From assembly GCA_018304045.1 (NCBI GenBank), contig JAGVWZ010000016.1:18063-82062 (forward strand): a DNA stretch of 64,000 nt, written 5' to 3'. The DNA comes from Candidatus Pacearchaeota archaeon. Lineage in GTDB: Archaea; Nanobdellota; Nanobdellia; Pacearchaeales; GW2011-AR1. This document shows, one piece after another, positions 59,805 to 64,000 of this stretch (its first letter is position 1; every line of letters begins with the position of its first letter). Both the position numbers and the translations under genes were made by a program. The notes beneath the pieces were generated by a model. It searched no databases, had not been told where the DNA came from, and worked only from the letters and a program-made list of their open reading frames with translations.

Positions 59805-61097
59805 ATGTTACCAAAAACAGAAATAGATAGATACGGAGGAAAAGCAGCAATCTTGAATCATATTAGAGACAACACGGATTTACCTATTCCACCTTATGTT
59901 GTCGTGCAGGCAGGTCAAGAGATGAGTTCAATAAATGGAGATTTTGATTCTATGAAAAAACCAGTAATTGTAAGGTCGTCTTCACCTTATGAGTATGGAG
60001 ATTTTGAAGGAATTTTTGAATCTGTAAGAGATGTAACTAATAGAGCTCAACTTGAAATGGCTGTAAGAGATGTTCAAGAAAGTGCAAGAAGTGAAAGAGC
60101 AAAACAATATGCAGAACAACATGGATTTAAAATTAGAGAAAATATTCATTTGATTGTTCAAGAACAAACTCCTTCTTTAAGTGGAGGAATGTTAAGACAT
60201 CCAAATAATCCAGATTTAGTATTTATTACATATTTTGAAGGAAGAGGGAAATACAATCAACATTATCACACTTTCCTTTTTGATGAAACAACAGGTGATG
60301 AAAGATATTGTAGAGGATTTACCTCTCATGGAATAGAAAGAAAAGATGCACAATTTTTAGTTGAACAGTATAAAAAGATTGAAGGACTTGAGCAAATTGC
60401 AGATGATTCTACATTATTTGTAGAATTTGGATTTAATCCATTTGCAGTTTATCAAGCAAGACCATTTATGAAAAAACAAATTGCAGACTTTAAATTACCT
60501 GATAATGATTCCGAAAATGATTTAAGAACTGATTTTGTTTTAGGAGTAACCCCTCCTGAAGGTGTATGTTTACCTATTGTAAAAAGTGTTGGATATGACT
60601 TTGCTTTAGCAGCAGTTAATGATGCTGGTAGATTAATGGCAGATGATAGAATGTATCGAGGATTAGATGAAATATTAAAACATGGTCTTGTAACAGTTGG
60701 AATGGTAAGGCAATTTGGAGGACAAATTAACGAGATGGAAGCAACAACTTCCAAAATGAGGGAACTTTATTATGATGCAGAACAACATTTTGAAGGTAAG
60801 CCTTATGGTTTATTAATGAGTAATGCAGAAAGAGACCCATATGATTTAGATTTAATGGTACCAAATATGAGGGGTCTTGTTATAGGCCAAACAGATAGAT
60901 TTTTAGTTCATAATCTAATGAGATTATTCAAGAGAGCAGATGTTACATTAGGAATTGGTCCAAATTTATTTCATACTGAATTTTATAAAAATAGAAATGC
61001 TCAATCTTTTTCTGGAAGGGTTAGGTTATATAGTAATGGAAAAGAAGGAGTTGCTACATTAGAAGAACTTCCTAAAGAAGATGATTGGGAAAATTAA
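59805..61097 (+). CDS. second PPDK_N-like protein
   Basis: GGKAAIL, IVRSSSPYE..FEGIFES, IVQEQ, VEFG..YQARP. Confidence 0.75.
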   Translation: MLPKTEIDRYGGKAAILNHIRDNTDLPIPPYVVVQAGQEMSSINGDFDSMKKPVIVRSSSPYEYGDFEGIFESVRDVTNRAQLEMAVRDVQESARSERAKQYAEQHGFKIRENIHLIVQEQTPSLSGGMLRHPNNPDLVFITYFEGRGKYNQHYHTFLFDETTGDERYCRGFTSHGIERKDAQFLVEQYKKIEGLEQIADDSTLFVEFGFNPFAVYQARPFMKKQIADFKLPDNDSENDLRTDFVLGVTPPEGVCLPIVKSVGYDFALAAVNDAGRLMADDRMYRGLDEILKHGLVTVGMVRQFGGQINEMEATTSKMRELYYDAEQHFEGKPYGLLMSNAERDPYDLDLMVPNMRGLVIGQTDRFLVHNLMRLFKRADVTLGIGPNLFHTEFYKNRNAQSFSGRVRLYSNGKEGVATLEELPKEDDWEN

Positions 61098-61156
61098 ATA
61101 ATATACAAATAGATTCTAAACATTATTACTAAAAAAGGAACAAAAAGGTTCATATT

Positions 61157-61194
61157 GGTGTAAACGAGGTGGTTTGCCACTAGCCTAATCGCCC
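61157..61194 (-). pseudogene. 5' half of tRNA-Val(UAC) (att site)
   Basis: GGGCGATTAGGCTAGTGGCAAACCACCTCG-TTTACAC, then non-tRNA sequence. Confidence 0.85.
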
Positions 61195-61344
61195 ATTAGA
61201 TTATTATTCATAATCTTAAAATAACTAAAAGTTAAGCATTTAAAAAGCTTACCTGCTTGAAAATAAAGGTTTTGACAACATCTTTAAAAGTTTCTGAATA
61301 AGATTTTACATAATATATTTAAGCAATCATAAAATAAAAATAAG

Positions 61345-61860
61345 ATGAGATTATTAAAAAGTTCAATGTTAGCACTTGCAGTATTAGGATTTGCAGGATG
61401 TCATGAATCAGCAATTCAACAAACAACACAAACATCAACTCTAAGAAAAATAGATATTGATATAAGGACAGGAGATGATTTCTTATATTTATTGAAGTTT
61501 CAGTATGGTATTAATATTTCAGAAGAACAAAGACAATCAATAAAAGAATCCTGGAAAAGAATAGATCCAAGTGAAAAAGCTTTTTTAGCAAAAACATATC
61601 AAAATCCTTTTTCATTAATTGATTCTTTTGATAAAGAGGATCTTGAGTTTTATACATCTGCCAATCCAGATACTCTTTCTGATAAAGAAAAACAAGATTT
61701 TTTAAAATACTACCCTTGGATGGATTTTAAAAATCCATCTAAACTAGATAAGACAAAAAATCCTTTTCAATATCAAAGAAGAATTGCAGACAAGATAATA
61801 ATCATTCATGAGAAAACTCTTGAGGCAATTGCAGAAAGCGGAATATTAGCATTCCCTTAG
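61345..61860 (+). CDS. putative lipoprotein
   Basis: Signal peptide with FAGC lipobox. Confidence 0.65.
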   Translation: MRLLKSSMLALAVLGFAGCHESAIQQTTQTSTLRKIDIDIRTGDDFLYLLKFQYGINISEEQRQSIKESWKRIDPSEKAFLAKTYQNPFSLIDSFDKEDLEFYTSANPDTLSDKEKQDFLKYYPWMDFKNPSKLDKTKNPFQYQRRIADKIIIIHEKTLEAIAESGILAFP

Positions 61861-61869
61861 TCTATTCTA

Positions 61870-64000
61870 TTAACAAATATTCTCAAATAATTGTATTTCA
61901 TTAATATGCCTATTATCCCCACCACCATTAATTTCTATTCCAATATTTCTAACTCTATCAATCTTTGGAAAAAATTCAGTACCATTTATATATGAAGCAC
62001 AGGAATAGTTTTTGCTTCCAAGTAATCCTAAATTCACATCATAGAATTTAATTGTTCCAAAATTACCAATTCCCCCTTCACATATGAAATTATATGCAGC
62101 AATAGAATAATCTCTTGTAAAACCAATATAATAATTTACATCTTGGCTATCACCTGAATTCCATGAACTTCCAGGATTTCCATCAACAGCAGAGCGAGTA
62201 TAACTTCCTGAAGCTGTCTTTGTTGCATCTGTTGCTTGGCCAATTGCAATATTTTGAGCTGTACATTTTTTCTGGCAGTTCAAACAATTCAATTGAGGTA
62301 TGCATCCAAATACCTTGAATTCTTGAACATTTCCTGAATCATACCTATTCTCTCCTCTTTCTCCGATTTTAACACTTACTTTATTTGCAAAAACATTGTT
62401 TAAGGCATAAGAGTTTCTTGCTATTTGACCATATTTGCACTGATATGTATAATTAGATGTTTTTCCTTTTGAATCAATAAAATAGATTGTTCCATAATTT
62501 CCTTGCACACCTTCACACTGAAGTTCATATGTATTTATTTTATATTCAAGAGGATAGGTTATATTTAAGTATTGGACTCCAAGTGCCCCTGAATTCCACG
62601 ATGTTCCATAATTATTATCAATCGCAAGGTTTGGATCGCTAAGAGATGGATTTGTATAAGCTATTGCAGATTTTTCAGGTAGCTCAACTGAACCACTACA
62701 ATCCCCACTACATCCGCAGTTTATTGTAGCTCCACACCCATCACTCCATTCTCCACAAGTTTTTCCAAGGCTTTGGCATGTAGCTCTTTTACAAATACAT
62801 TTTTTATTATTGCATTCATATCCAGGAAGACAATTCTCTTGACAAGAACCATCATAAAATCCATACATCTCAAACTCAGCTATATTCCTTTCACCAGTCC
62901 CACCAGAAGCTTCAATAACAACTTTTTTAACACCTTCAACAGGCTCAATAATCTGCTCTTGAAATACTAAGAACTGTTTACACAAATATGTTTTTGAATA
63001 TTTAAGATTACTCAATGCATCATAAAGATATACAGTACCTGTATTTCCATTACCACTACCATCACATTTTATAGAATAATCTAAAATAGTATAACTATCA
63101 AGAAGATCAATTGATAATGTTGCTGTTCCAGTATTTATTTTAGATTTCCAGGAATTATATGTAGTTCCATCAACAGCCAAAAGAGCAGACCACCAATCTC
63201 CATGAGAAGCATTTACAGGCTTTTTCAAAGCAACATTTTCTATATTATCTGGAGCTAATGCTTCAGCAGAGGACAAGACTTCTGACACTTGATCCATCTC
63301 ATCAGTCTGGCCAGGAATATAACAACCAGATAGATTATATTGGACTAATGTGAATTTAACATTAGTTTTCAGAGCATTCTTTGGTATAGTCATAGTGAAT
63401 TCACCATAATTTATTTTTCCACCTTTTTTTCCAATAGTCACAGAAACAGTTTTTAATGCTTTTTTAGAAGTGCAAGCAGCTAATATGCCATCATGGTCAG
63501 TGTATTTGTATGTCTCTATTTTTGTAGTATCAGGATATTTTGAATAGCTCATTGAAACATTAGCAGCAATACTAAAATTTACATGAGGTTTTATAATATA
63601 AGCAATACCATCTAATATCATATTATCTTTCTCTCTTATCATATAAACAGAAGTTGTTGCTGTTTGAGAATTTCCCCCAACCCTGTCTGCTTTATTATAA
63701 CATACAGGAACACCATTTGGATTTGTTGAACCAATCTCTGTAGCAGTATTACAACATCTTTGGATTGTCATGCCTTCTTCAGTTGTTGAAAAGACAGGTC
63801 CAACTCCTTTAATTGGTTCAAATCCAGTAGGACATAACTGTGGAATGCATAATGGAAGTCTAATTGTTAGAGGTAACATTCCGCCTAGCTTAGTCTTTTT
63901 TACTATGTTTCCACATTTCTCATCCTTAGTACAGCAATATTCTCCCTTGGTTAAATATGGGTTCTTGCAATTAGTTTCTCCAGCAGCGAGATTACATTGT
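61870..64000 (-). CDS. large Cys-rich surface protein with three discoidin (F5/8 type C)-like domains, 5' end outside window
   Basis: Three repeats A.DG...SW.S...I.E...FG; frame open to window end. Confidence 0.75.
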   Translation of the reverse strand, partial: QCNLAAGETNCKNPYLTKGEYCCTKDEKCGNIVKKTKLGGMLPLTIRLPLCIPQLCPTGFEPIKGVGPVFSTTEEGMTIQRCCNTATEIGSTNPNGVPVCYNKADRVGGNSQTATTSVYMIREKDNMILDGIAYIIKPHVNFSIAANVSMSYSKYPDTTKIETYKYTDHDGILAACTSKKALKTVSVTIGKKGGKINYGEFTMTIPKNALKTNVKFTLVQYNLSGCYIPGQTDEMDQVSEVLSSAEALAPDNIENVALKKPVNASHGDWWSALLAVDGTTYNSWKSKINTGTATLSIDLLDSYTILDYSIKCDGSGNGNTGTVYLYDALSNLKYSKTYLCKQFLVFQEQIIEPVEGVKKVVIEASGGTGERNIAEFEMYGFYDGSCQENCLPGYECNNKKCICKRATCQSLGKTCGEWSDGCGATINCGCSGDCSGSVELPEKSAIAYTNPSLSDPNLAIDNNYGTSWNSGALGVQYLNITYPLEYKINTYELQCEGVQGNYGTIYFIDSKGKTSNYTYQCKYGQIARNSYALNNVFANKVSVKIGERGENRYDSGNVQEFKVFGCIPQLNCLNCQKKCTAQNIAIGQATDATKTASGSYTRSAVDGNPGSSWNSGDSQDVNYYIGFTRDYSIAAYNFICEGGIGNFGTIKFYDVNLGLLGSKNYSCASYINGTEFFPKIDRVRNIGIEINGGGDNRHINEIQLFENIC

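Larger units (their letters stand above)
47158..61164. mobile_element. 14-kb integrative element inserted in the tRNA-Val anticodon loop
   Basis: 8-bp direct repeat GGTGTAAA at 47158 and 61157; tRNA halves outside; inverted 16-bp arms inside; integrase and replication gene. Confidence 0.9.

Overview
AT-rich archaeal chromosome segment, most consistent with a DPANN lineage such as Pacearchaeota/Woesearchaeota (group II chaperonin, C1-G72 tRNA-Tyr, intron-containing tRNA-Gly, archaeal RecJ/DHH); the lineage call is inference. Housekeeping content: nrdR-nrdJ with tandem NrdR boxes, an arsR-iscS-DUF1858-iscU cluster, prs, thermosome and a YqhG/YqhH-like SNF2 pair. Much of the window is accessory. 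(1) Three tRNA genes (Asp, Tyr, Gly) are each followed by repeated copies of their own 3' 10-15 nt, separating small gene cassettes (Fic, RelE-type TA pairs and others) with no adjacent integrase, and a shared ~56-bp element abuts several of these repeats. (2) A 14-kb integrative element (47158-61164) sits in the anticodon loop of a tRNA-Val(UAC), leaves it split and carries its own intact tRNA-Val(UAC). It also encodes a tyrosine integrase, a PrimPol-zinc finger-MCM fusion with internal iteron-like repeats, a nuclease/TcmP-like/radical SAM operon and two PPDK_N-like proteins. (3) A 3.3-kb IS6-like cargo transposon with TIRs and an 8-bp TSD. (4) Two MITE copies. (5) A covarying structured repeat in two copies, and many short hairpin insertions inside or next to genes. 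All family assignments are from motif recognition by eye; no searches were run.
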